A stretch of DNA of 37,742 nt, from assembly GCA_038330765.1 (NCBI GenBank), contig JBBQOK010000001.1:1-37742 (forward strand), given 5' to 3'. The notes beneath the pieces are model-generated. The model was not told the DNA's origin and searched no databases. It saw nothing but the letters and a program-made list of their open reading frames with translations. This DNA is from Caulobacterales bacterium. Its GTDB lineage: Bacteria > Pseudomonadota > Alphaproteobacteria > Caulobacterales > Caulobacteraceae. A program made the translations under genes and the position numbers. This document shows, in pieces, positions 1-9,100 of this stretch; within the stretch, counting starts at the first letter, position 1; each line of letters opens with the position of its first letter.

Positions 1-1137
1 GGTGTTGATGGTTTTAAGCTTGATCCGGGACGTACACTCGACGAACATCCGGAGCGGAAATATTACAATGGTTCTAACGATGCCGAGATGCACAACCTGA
101 ATCAGGTACTGTTGCCCAAACAGATGAACGAAACTTTCCGCGAACACAAAGGAATTCGCGGATTTCAGCACTATTGCGGCGGGTATGCCGGTTCGCAGCA
201 TTGGGGAGCATCTACAAGCGGCGACAATGGTGGTGGAAAAGATGCACTTTTCGACCAATTAAACCTTGGATTGAGCGGTTTTGTAAACACCTCGGCCGAT
301 GTGCTGGAATATGTGACCGATAACAAAGCAGGCATGCATCTTGGCTTTTTTCTTCCTTGGGTACAAATTAACAGTTGGTATGCTTTGCATCATCCATGGT
401 ACATGAAACCCGATGAAAAAGAAACCTTTAAAGTTTATGCTCAACTTCGAAACAGTTTATTTCCCTATATTTATTCGGCAGCTTTGGAAGGACATGAAAC
501 CGGAATGCCCATTCTGCGTGCAATGCCGTTGGTTTTTCCCAACGACCAGAAAGTCGACAACATGATTTATCAATACATGTTTGGTGAAAGTTTACTGGTT
601 GGAGTTTTCAGCGATTCGATTTACTTACCCAACGGAAATTGGATAAACTACTGGAACGGCGAAAAATTCACCGGTGGTAAAGTTGTCAATTGCAAAATTC
701 CGGAAAACAGGGGCGGACAATTGTTTCTCAGAGGCGGAGCAATTATCCCATACCAGAAATCCATGCAGTACATTGGCGAACATCCAATTGATACGCTCAT
801 TGTCAGGGTTTTTCCCGAAGGACTGAGTACATATACCTTGAACGAAGACGATGGAAAGACATTCGATTTTGAAAAAGGAAAAATTGCCAAAACTAAATTC
901 GAATGTATAAAAACAGAGTTGCAAATTCAGTTTACCATTAATCCAACGGTAGGATTATATACCGGTATGATAGATAAACGAGCCTACCTGCTTGAAATAG
1001 CAGTTCCAGCAAAACCAACTCAGGTTTTGGTCAATGGGGTGATATTAAATGGCTGGAAATATGATAAGTCAGGAAGGCTCAACATAAATTTGGCTTCTGA
1101 AAGTATTACCAAAAAGCAAGTTGTAATTATCCAGTAA
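1..1137 (+). CDS. Glycoside hydrolase family 31 (alpha-glucosidase/xylosidase-like), 5'-partial
   Basis: Frame is open from base 1: GVDGFKLD (GH31 nucleophile motif), then EMHNL, WG..SGDN, LRNSLFPYIYS, GMPILRAMPLVFPND, QYMFGESLLV, YLPNGNWINYW and EDDG in the C-terminal domains. Confidence 0.9.
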   Translation, partial: GVDGFKLDPGRTLDEHPERKYYNGSNDAEMHNLNQVLLPKQMNETFREHKGIRGFQHYCGGYAGSQHWGASTSGDNGGGKDALFDQLNLGLSGFVNTSADVLEYVTDNKAGMHLGFFLPWVQINSWYALHHPWYMKPDEKETFKVYAQLRNSLFPYIYSAALEGHETGMPILRAMPLVFPNDQKVDNMIYQYMFGESLLVGVFSDSIYLPNGNWINYWNGEKFTGGKVVNCKIPENRGGQLFLRGGAIIPYQKSMQYIGEHPIDTLIVRVFPEGLSTYTLNEDDGKTFDFEKGKIAKTKFECIKTELQIQFTINPTVGLYTGMIDKRAYLLEIAVPAKPTQVLVNGVILNGWKYDKSGRLNINLASESITKKQVVIIQ

Positions 1138-1182
1138 GTTTCGGTATAAAAGGATTCGATAAACCATTAAAAGTAGAATGCA

Positions 1183-2274
1183 ATGAAATATCTGCAATTA
1201 TTTCCGGCACTTGTGCTTATGTTGATCGCAAGTTGCCAGCAGCCAAAGTCAGAAGAATCGATAAAAAGTTATAACATTGACTTCAATTGGGGTGAAGGTG
1301 GCCCAAATGCCTTTCCAAAACCAGGTTTATGGGCCGACGCTTCGCCTGAAGATCACATCAAATGGTATAAGGATTTGGGTGTCAATACTATTCAGACTTT
1401 TTGCGTTTCGTGTAACGGTTACGCATGGTACAAAAATGGATTTGTTCCCGAACAGCCAGGTTTAAAATATGATTTCTTACCCGAAATGGTCAAACTTGGT
1501 CACAAAGAAGGTATGAAAGTTTTTGGTTATTTCTGCATTGGCGCCAATACCAAATGGGGCATTGATCATCCCGATTTGAGCTATGGCTATCCTTCAACAC
1601 CGCACATTCCTTTTACTGATCAGTATTTGACATATCTGGATGCGGCAATTCGCGATGCAGTGACCAAAACCGGAATTGATGGTTTTATGGCTGACTGTAT
1701 TTGGCTACCAGACCGAAAAATTACAGGTAGAAATTGGATTGAGAGTGAAAAACAACTCTATAAGCAGCTAACCGGAAAAAATTTTCCTGGTGAGGATAAA
1801 CTTACTGCAAATGAGGAAAATAACTATGGCCGTTTATCGATTGAAAGATGCTGGAAAGTGATTCATAAGGCGGCCAAAGAGACAAATTCAGCTTGCCTCA
1901 TCTGGCTTACCTGCAACGAGCCAACAAATCCGATGGTTACAAATTCAGTTATGTTCAAAGAAGTTGACTGGTTGATGAATGAAGCAGGCGATGTGGAAAG
2001 AACAAAAGCCATTCAAACTATGATTGGCCCGCAAACACGCATACTGACCTGTTTAGCCAATTGGAATAAGCAAGATCCCAAAGTGGTAGTTCCCGCCGCA
2101 TTAAAAGACGGTGTTGGTTTGTTCGGATTCAGGAAACCAGAGGCCAATTCGCTGCTCCCATCACCTGAAAATTTGCTTTCTATTCCTATTGACAGTCTGA
2201 AAGGCGACGATAGGAATATTGCCACTTTAATCCGGGTGTATAAAGGATTACCGCTCGATTACGTGAAGAAATAA
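1183..2274 (+). CDS. Lipoprotein, putative TIM-barrel glycoside hydrolase (GH29/GH151/GHL6-like)
   Basis: Lipobox LIASC. The run LGVNTIQTFCVSCNGYAWY...DFLPEMVKLGHKEGMKVFGYF...GIDGFMAD parallels the strand/helix pattern of fucosidase-like barrels. Family assignment is inferred. Confidence 0.6.
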   Translation: MKYLQLFPALVLMLIASCQQPKSEESIKSYNIDFNWGEGGPNAFPKPGLWADASPEDHIKWYKDLGVNTIQTFCVSCNGYAWYKNGFVPEQPGLKYDFLPEMVKLGHKEGMKVFGYFCIGANTKWGIDHPDLSYGYPSTPHIPFTDQYLTYLDAAIRDAVTKTGIDGFMADCIWLPDRKITGRNWIESEKQLYKQLTGKNFPGEDKLTANEENNYGRLSIERCWKVIHKAAKETNSACLIWLTCNEPTNPMVTNSVMFKEVDWLMNEAGDVERTKAIQTMIGPQTRILTCLANWNKQDPKVVVPAALKDGVGLFGFRKPEANSLLPSPENLLSIPIDSLKGDDRNIATLIRVYKGLPLDYVKK

Positions 2275-2303
2275 ACAAAATACACGAATCCAAAATAATC
2301 TCC

Positions 2304-5135
2304 ATGAAAAAATCAGCCATATTACTAATCACCATTTTTCTATGTATTGCTTTTCAAAGCAAAGCTCAAAATTACATTTATGTGTCCGGAACAAATCCCG
2401 CAAATGGCGACGGCAGTTTGGGCAATCCGTTTAAAACCATTAATCTGGCGGTAACTGCTGCTGCTACTGGTGACACCATTGTAATTCGTCAGGGTATTTA
2501 CCGTGAGCAGGTTTCACTAAAAAAGGGAAATCTCAATTTTATTCCATTTAAAGGTGAACAAGTTACCATTAATGGTGCTGATGCACTATTGGTTTGGACA
2601 AAAGTTAAGGATTCGGTTTACAAAACCTTTATGAACTGGAACGTGACTGAAAGCGACCAAACCAATCAGGTTTTCTGTAAAGGCCAAATGATGGATCTGG
2701 CGCGTTGGCCGGTCAATACCGGTACTCGGGTTTTGCCAACAAATGCCTATGCCGAAAAAGTAACTGCTGAAGGTACCAATTTCGTATTTACTGATCCTGA
2801 TTTTCAGGAACCAGCCGGAAAATGGAATGGTTGCGAAATATGGGTAAATCTTTCTCGTTCGGTAAAAGATTACGGTTATGATGGTCAGGGTTGGACAGGA
2901 CGTATCGTGTCGTCGGAACCTGGAAAAATCACCATTCAAGGAAATGTTAGTGGACGGATTAGTGACGAAGCCTGGGGTTTAGGGCTTAATACCGAATATT
3001 TTTTATTCAATCCAACTGCAACTTCGGTTGCTGCATCAGGAGGTATCCAAAATTATCTGCAACCCGGTCAATGGTGGAAAAAAGCAGATACTTTGTTTGT
3101 AAGGACTTCTGATGACATCGAACCTTCATCAGTAATTGACGGAGCAAATCTGGTAGAGGCGAAACGAAGATTGTATGGTTTTTCTTGCTCTGATCAAAGC
3201 AACATCCTGATCAAAGGGTTTAACCTCTTTGCTTGTGCAATCAACACCGACGTTTCTGGTTTCTGGAACCGCACTTCTTCGGTTAGTAAATCATCGAATA
3301 TCACCATTGACGGCATAAAAGCTCAATATGTAACCCATTTCACCAACCAGGCAAAAAATTACCAGATGCAGTGGAATCAGCGTTCCGGATTCATCATCAG
3401 TGGCACAAATATTACTTTGAAAAATTCTGAAATTCAATACAGCACTGGCTCCGGGGTATCGGTTTTCGGAAGGGGAAATAAAATCCTGAACAACAAAATA
3501 TGGGATGTAAATTACAGCTCTTCCGAATGTGGTGCAATGAATACCGGTCTTCAGTACGATCCCGGTCTGGTAATTAGTGAAGACCACGAAATTGGTTTCA
3601 ACACGATATACAATACTCCCCAACAGGCAATTAATATCCGGGCAATAACCAATTCTTCAAAAATAAAACCTGGAGTGGCTCGTATTCATCACAATATCAT
3701 TCACGATTTTATGCTCAAAACCCACGATAGTGGTGCCTTCGATACTTACGACAGTGACGGTAAGTGGCTACGTGTTGACCACAACATCGTTTACAATTCC
3801 AATAAATTCCTGGCCATCGGATTTTACCTCGATTTTGGAAGCAATTACATTGTCGACCACAACTTGTTCTATAATGTAGAAAGGCCTATTCAGCTAAACT
3901 TTGGAGCATGGGGACCCAATAAACCTAGTGAAATGTGGGTTTTTAACAACACTGCCCTTGCCGATAAATATAATAAGAATGGGATTTTTAATGGTGCCGC
4001 AACTGCTTTTTCCGAAGGTACAAATGTCCTGAACAATATTTCTTCTGCTAAAATTGCCAATTCCCTTACATTACCATATTTAGTCGATAATTTTTCGGTT
4101 GCCAACGCCCAGGAGAAGAATGCCTGTTTTACTAATCCGTCAGGCTCGGATTATACATTGAAAGTCGGTTCTTCTAAGTATATCGACACCTGTTTTTATG
4201 CACCGTTTAACGATCCGATAATGAATAAACCGGATGCCGGATGTTATGAATCAGGAACTGTAACATGGAAAGCTGGATATGGCAATATGTTTAAACATTT
4301 TCTCCTGTCAGATGCATCCTTCAGGATGAAAACAGATTATCAGGTTGCTCAGCAATGGATATTCAATGTATTTCCATTACCTTATAGTGGTTTTACCGGT
4401 GAAGTAAATCTGACTTTGGAAGTCATACCTGAAGGAATTTCTGCAACACTTTCAACAGACAAAGTAATTGCAGGAGAAAGCGCAGAACTCGCTATTTCAG
4501 CTTCAAATACACTTAGCCCGGGCTATCACATCCTTAAATTGGAGGGAAAATCGGGTGAATTAAATGATACCCGCTATTACACCATAGAGGTCGTCCAGCA
4601 TGTGAGTTCTGTTAAAATCGTTGCCCCTCCTAAAGAAATCAAATTCCAAACCAATTACCTGTTTTCAGCACAGGCACTTGATCAGGTAGGAAATCCAATG
4701 CAGTTCCAACCGGCATTTACCTGGAAATCTTTTGGTGGTGGAAGCTTCTCCGGATCGACATACAAAGCAACCTCACTTTCTGACTCAATTCAGGCAATCG
4801 TTAAAACGGGCAGTTTTACTGATACCTGCACGTTTAATGTCGTGAGAGTAGTTTCAGCATTCGAAATTAATTCTGCAACTCCGAATATTAGATTGACACC
4901 AAATCCTGCCCGGCAATCTGCCCGGCTTGAATTCAACTCCTTGATCAATGGTTCGGTTTCAATAGCTATTTTTTCGTCTGCCGGAAAATTAGTTAAGCAA
5001 ATTGATTATGATGTAAATAGCGGGCAAACCAGCATTGAAATTGACACAAAGTCAATAAAATCAGGTATTTATATCGTACGGGTAGAGCAGGCAAACAGTA
5101 TTGCTTCCTTAAAGCTTGTGATCGAAAATAATTGA
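2304..5135 (+). CDS. Secreted right-handed beta-helix protein (GH141-like) with Ig-like domains and T9SS type A C-terminal domain
   Basis: Signal peptide. N-terminal GDGSLGNPFKTI..GDTIVIRQGIYRE, ARWP, repeated IHHN/VDHN beta-helix rungs, DSGAFDTY and GFYLDFGS. C-terminal PNPA...IFSSAGKLV...SGIYIVRV...KLVI is a typical T9SS CTD. Confidence 0.75.
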   Translation: MKKSAILLITIFLCIAFQSKAQNYIYVSGTNPANGDGSLGNPFKTINLAVTAAATGDTIVIRQGIYREQVSLKKGNLNFIPFKGEQVTINGADALLVWTKVKDSVYKTFMNWNVTESDQTNQVFCKGQMMDLARWPVNTGTRVLPTNAYAEKVTAEGTNFVFTDPDFQEPAGKWNGCEIWVNLSRSVKDYGYDGQGWTGRIVSSEPGKITIQGNVSGRISDEAWGLGLNTEYFLFNPTATSVAASGGIQNYLQPGQWWKKADTLFVRTSDDIEPSSVIDGANLVEAKRRLYGFSCSDQSNILIKGFNLFACAINTDVSGFWNRTSSVSKSSNITIDGIKAQYVTHFTNQAKNYQMQWNQRSGFIISGTNITLKNSEIQYSTGSGVSVFGRGNKILNNKIWDVNYSSSECGAMNTGLQYDPGLVISEDHEIGFNTIYNTPQQAINIRAITNSSKIKPGVARIHHNIIHDFMLKTHDSGAFDTYDSDGKWLRVDHNIVYNSNKFLAIGFYLDFGSNYIVDHNLFYNVERPIQLNFGAWGPNKPSEMWVFNNTALADKYNKNGIFNGAATAFSEGTNVLNNISSAKIANSLTLPYLVDNFSVANAQEKNACFTNPSGSDYTLKVGSSKYIDTCFYAPFNDPIMNKPDAGCYESGTVTWKAGYGNMFKHFLLSDASFRMKTDYQVAQQWIFNVFPLPYSGFTGEVNLTLEVIPEGISATLSTDKVIAGESAELAISASNTLSPGYHILKLEGKSGELNDTRYYTIEVVQHVSSVKIVAPPKEIKFQTNYLFSAQALDQVGNPMQFQPAFTWKSFGGGSFSGSTYKATSLSDSIQAIVKTGSFTDTCTFNVVRVVSAFEINSATPNIRLTPNPARQSARLEFNSLINGSVSIAIFSSAGKLVKQIDYDVNSGQTSIEIDTKSIKSGIYIVRVEQANSIASLKLVIENN

Positions 5136-5189
5136 AATGAATTTTTAAATCAGATATTTTATACCTTCAAGCATCTAAAAAATAAACCA

Positions 5190-6560
5190 ATGAAAAATCT
5201 ATTCATTCTTTGTCTGGCTCTTCTTTTGGGAACCAGTAGTGCATTTGCACAGGAAACACCTTCAAAAGAGTACACAACCAATTACCAGCAGGTAATGAAA
5301 CGCACCCAATGGTGGCGCGATGCCAGGTTTGGCATGTTCATTCATTTTGGCGCCTATGCCGTTCCGGCGCGGGGCGAGTGGGTCAAATCGAACGAGCGGT
5401 TGACCACCGAAACTTACCAAAAGTATGTGGATGAGTTTAATCCGAAAGATTTTGATGCCAAAGCATGGGCTAAAACAGCCAAAGCTGCCGGAATGAAATA
5501 CGCCGTTCTTACTGCCAAACATCACGATGGTTTTTGCATGTTCGACAGTAAATTGACCGATTACAAACTCAGCAAAAATTTCGGAGGCCGCGATTTGGTT
5601 CGCGAGTTTCTGGATGCTTTTCGTGCCGAAGGTTTGAAAGTTGGTTTGTATTACTCACTCATCGACTGGCATCATGCCGATTACCCAAATGTGGGAAACC
5701 ATCCGCAGCGCGACGATAAGGAATATGGCAAACGCACGTTCAACTTCGACAATTATTTGAAATACATGCATGGCCAGGTGGAAGAACTGGTTAAAAACTA
5801 CGGAAAACTGGATGTCATGTGGTTCGACTATTCGTTCGACGATTACAGCGGCGAAAAATGGAAAGCCAATGAACTGGTTTCCATGATCCGCAAATATCAG
5901 CCTGACATCATCCTCGACAACCGTTTGTCGGTCAACGAAGGTACTTCAGGTAAACAGCGTATGCTGAAAACAATCGGCGATTTTGAAAGTCCTGAACAGG
6001 GTATTCCTGATGCACCTCTGATTGACAAATACAACAATCCGATGCCTTGGGAAACCTGCCTTACACTCAATGGCGGTTGGGGTTATACCGAGCAGGATCA
6101 CAACTGGAAATCTCCGGAGCTGATTGTACAAACCCTCGTGAATTGTGTGAGCAAAAACGGTAACCTTTTACTGAATGTCGGTCCCAATGCCCGTGGAATG
6201 ATCCATCAGGAAAGTGTGGATATCCTCGAAGAAGTGGGCAAATGGATGGACATGAATGGCGAAAGCATTTATGGATGTGGAGCAGCCAACTTGGCAAAAC
6301 CCGATTGGGGACGTTATACTCAAAAGGGAAACACGATCTATGCTCACTGGATGAATCCAAACCTTGGTGAATTGAATACCAAAGGAATTGAAGGAGATAA
6401 GGTTAAAAATATTTATTTATTAAAATCCGGTGGAGAATTGTCATACCAAAAATCATGGTGGGGAAATAATGAACCGGGGAACCTGTTTATCAACATTGGA
6501 GGTTCGCCACAGAAACCGGTTCAATACGATACTGTTGTCAAGATTGAGTTGAAGAAATAG
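5190..6560 (+). CDS. Alpha-L-fucosidase, glycoside hydrolase family 29
   Basis: Signal peptide. WWRDARFGMFIHFG, AGMKYAVLTAKHHDGF, GLYYSLIDW, MWFD (nucleophile), WETCLTLN..WGY, NLLLNVGP. Confidence 0.95.
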   Translation: MKNLFILCLALLLGTSSAFAQETPSKEYTTNYQQVMKRTQWWRDARFGMFIHFGAYAVPARGEWVKSNERLTTETYQKYVDEFNPKDFDAKAWAKTAKAAGMKYAVLTAKHHDGFCMFDSKLTDYKLSKNFGGRDLVREFLDAFRAEGLKVGLYYSLIDWHHADYPNVGNHPQRDDKEYGKRTFNFDNYLKYMHGQVEELVKNYGKLDVMWFDYSFDDYSGEKWKANELVSMIRKYQPDIILDNRLSVNEGTSGKQRMLKTIGDFESPEQGIPDAPLIDKYNNPMPWETCLTLNGGWGYTEQDHNWKSPELIVQTLVNCVSKNGNLLLNVGPNARGMIHQESVDILEEVGKWMDMNGESIYGCGAANLAKPDWGRYTQKGNTIYAHWMNPNLGELNTKGIEGDKVKNIYLLKSGGELSYQKSWWGNNEPGNLFINIGGSPQKPVQYDTVVKIELKK

Positions 6561-6585
6561 ACGAATTCAAAATCTAAAAACAAAA

Positions 6586-6623
6586 ATTGAATAACCGTGG
6601 AAAAATGTCTGCGGTTATTCAAT
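6586..6623. terminator. Intergenic stem-loop (terminator-like or mRNA-stabilising)
   Basis: ATTGAATAACCGTGGA-N6-TCTGCGGTTATTCAAT forms a 16-bp stem with two G-U pairs on the + transcript. An A-rich run lies on its 5' side, giving a U-tract on the minus strand only. Confidence 0.6.
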
Positions 6624-6681
6624 GATCAGTCTGTTCAGTGTGCAAATTGGTCTGGTTTTGAAGTACAATATCAAGCATAAA

Positions 6682-7968
6682 ATGAAAAATTTACTTAAGG
6701 CTTTATTCCTTTTCCTGATTATTTCAGCAAAAAGCTATTCCATTACTCCCGATTCTCCGGAAGCCAAATACAAGGAAGTTCAAAACAAACTGCAAACCGG
6801 ATGGGGGACCTTCAACCACAAAAGTGTTTTGAGTCACGTGCTTTTGCCCGAAGGATTTGCGATGAATATTGGCATTAAACTGCATCAGAACAATGCCGAC
6901 AATTACCTGAAGGAAGCGTTTATTTCTTCACGAGGCGACCGCCCTGAAAAAATTACTCCCGGATATAAAGCCTACGATGGCAGTTATTCCGACCTGACTG
7001 TTGAATGGAATGGGGTGAAATTCAGGATAGAAAGTGCGACAACGGAAAATCAGGATTTGATGCTTTTGGTCACTCCAATCCAAAATCCGGAGAATATACC
7101 AAGTGTTGTTTTGGAAACCGGAATGTTGTGGAATTATCGGGGAACACTTGAATTGGACGGAAATACAATCAAGGTAAAAACGATAAATAAGAAGCTGACT
7201 ATTCAATCAACAGGAGTTCCGGAGAAAGAATACCTTGCAAACACTTCTCCCTATCTGGCGGCAAAATTCGATCAGCCTGTTGCTTTTTATACCGGAGAAA
7301 TCAAAAGTATCGAACAGATTAAAGAACTTGTAGCTAAACGAAAATCGGAATTTGAAAAGAAATTTTCGAAATACGCAGAACTTTCCCCAACTTATCAGGC
7401 AATCCAGAGTGTGGTTGGCTGGAATGTGATTTATGATGCTTCCAACGAGCGTGTGATTTTTCCGGTAAGCAGACTTTGGAACGATAATTTTGGCGGGCAA
7501 TATGTTCTGTTCGACTGGGATACCTATTTCGGTGCATGGATGGCATCGATGGAAAGCAAAGAACTGGCTTATGCCAATGCGGTTGAAATTACCAAAGCCA
7601 TCACGCCGGGTGGTTTCATTCCCAATTTCTCCGGATCGTATGGAAGCGCTTCATTCGATCGCTCACAACCACCTGTTGGCAGTTTGGTTTTTAAAGCCTT
7701 GTATCAAAAGTTTCAGGAGAAATGGCTGCTCGAATATGTGTATGACGATCTGCTAAAGTGGAACCGATGGTGGCCCAAAAACCGCGATCACAAAGGATTG
7801 CTCTGCTGGGGTTCGAGCACGGTTGAACCTCCCCTGAAATCGGATTTTGCAACCAACGACTGGCAGGGTGCAGCTTACGAATCTGGACTGGATAATTCTC
7901 CGATGTACGACAAAGTCCCGTTTAACAAACAAACACACATGCTCGAACTGGCCGATGCGGGATTGATG
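6682..7968 (+). CDS. GH63/MGH1-like (trehalase-like alpha/alpha-barrel) glycoside hydrolase, 3'-truncated at the junction
   Basis: ATG at 6682 with signal peptide MKNLLKALFLFLIISAKSYS. Motifs LFDWDTYF, DRSQPP, ESGLDNSPMYD, ELADAGLM. After M at 7966-7968 the frame runs into GC-rich, out-of-frame rsuA DNA and stops at 8058. Confidence 0.85.
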
Positions 7969-7980
7969 GCGTCCTGCCGC
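7960..7980. other. Abrupt junction between Bacteroidota-like and Caulobacteraceae-like DNA (probable chimera or mis-assembly)
   Basis: GC content and codon usage switch within a few bases (7141-7200 counted 21/60 GC; 7981-8040 counted 43/60 GC). Both flanking genes are broken at the same point. No IS, integrase, tRNA or repeat is present. Confidence 0.9.
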
Positions 7981-8429
7981 CGCGCTGGCGTCGGCGCGAC
8001 CCGGCCATCTCGACCATCGGCCGGCTGGACAAACAGACCACGGGCCTGCTGCTGCTGACCGACGACGGCGACCTGCTGCACCGGGTGATCAGCCCGAAAC
8101 GCCATGTGGCCAAGGTCTATCGCGCGACCTTGGCGCGGCCGCTGGACGGGACCGAGGGCGACGTCTTCGCCGCCGGGGGGCTGGTGCTCGAGGGCGAGGA
8201 CAAGCCCCTGTCACCCGCCGTGATGGAGGTGCTGTCGCCGACCGAGGCGCGGCTGACCGTGACCGAGGGCCGCTATCACATGGTGCGACGCATGTTCGCG
8301 GCGGTGGGCAACCACGTCGAGGGCCTCCACCGCGAACGGGTCGGCGGGCTGGCCCTGCCCGACGATCTGGCTCCCGGAGATTGGCGGCTGCTGGATTCGG
8401 ACCAGATCGACGCCATATTCGCCTCATGA
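7971..8429 (+). CDS. rsuA: 16S rRNA pseudouridine(516) synthase RsuA family, 5'-truncated at the junction
   Basis: In frame from 7971: VLPPRWRRRDPAISTIGRLDKQTTGLLLLTDDGDLLHRVISPKRHVAKVY...EGRYHMVRRMFAAVG..LHRERVG. The catalytic GRLD is present but the N-terminal S4 domain is absent. Confidence 0.9.
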   Translation, partial: VLPPRWRRRDPAISTIGRLDKQTTGLLLLTDDGDLLHRVISPKRHVAKVYRATLARPLDGTEGDVFAAGGLVLEGEDKPLSPAVMEVLSPTEARLTVTEGRYHMVRRMFAAVGNHVEGLHRERVGGLALPDDLAPGDWRLLDSDQIDAIFAS

Positions 8430-9067
8430 GCGCCCAAGCCAAGATCTGCGGCCTGACGACGCCGGAAGCGCTGGACGCCGCCCTGGCCGGCGGAGCCGCC
8501 TTCGTCGGGGCGGTGGTGTTCCCGAAGAGCCCCCGCCACATCGAGCCGCTGCATGCCGCGACCCTGTTCGACCGGGCGCGCGGAAAAGCGAAAATCGTGG
8601 CGGTGACGGTGGATGCCGATGACGCCCTGCTGACCGGGATCGCCCTGATCCTGAAGCCGGACCTGATCCAGCTGCACGGGTCGGAGACGCCGGCGCAGGC
8701 CGAGCGGGTGCGGATGCTGACCGGAGCGGGGATCATCAAGGTCCTGCCGATCCGGGGCCATGAGGATTTCGCCCAGGCGGAGGCGTGGGAGCCGTTCGTG
8801 GATCATCTGATGTTCGACGCCAAACCGCCGGAGGGATCGCATTTGCCGGGCGGGGTCGGGTCGCGGTTCGACTGGGCGCTGCTCGCCGACCGGGCCTTCC
8901 GTCATCCGTGGTTCGTGGCCGGCGGCTTGACCCCGGACAATGTGGCGCAGGCCATCCGGGTGTCCGGGGCTCCCTTGGTGGATGTGTCCTCTGGCGTCGA
9001 AAGCGCGCCGGGTGTTAAGGACCCGACCCTGATCACGGCGTTTCTCGACACTGTCCGGGCCGCCTGA
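8426..9067 (+). CDS. trpF: Phosphoribosylanthranilate isomerase
   Basis: AKICGL, KSPR, IQLHGSE, FDA, GG.G..FDW, AGGLTPDNV, VDVSSGVE..PGVKD. The start overlaps the rsuA stop (ATGA). Confidence 0.95.
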   Translation: MSAQAKICGLTTPEALDAALAGGAAFVGAVVFPKSPRHIEPLHAATLFDRARGKAKIVAVTVDADDALLTGIALILKPDLIQLHGSETPAQAERVRMLTGAGIIKVLPIRGHEDFAQAEAWEPFVDHLMFDAKPPEGSHLPGGVGSRFDWALLADRAFRHPWFVAGGLTPDNVAQAIRVSGAPLVDVSSGVESAPGVKDPTLITAFLDTVRAA

Positions 9068-9100
9068 TTTCCGCCGCTCATCTGCGTGAAAGCTTCGTCC

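Noticed and set aside
1-7969. Genomic island horizontally acquired by a Brevundimonas-like host
   Set aside because: No integrase, IS, tRNA or att repeat. Both genes are cut mid-frame. T9SS cargo and SD-less leaders would not be expected to work in this host. A chimera is more parsimonious, though reads are needed to be sure.
6622-8058. 478-aa ORF as a complete or novel fusion protein with tail ASCRRAGVGATRPSRP...RACCC
   Set aside because: The tail is out-of-frame rsuA DNA read through the junction. The N-terminal 20 aa precede the real signal-peptide start at 6682.
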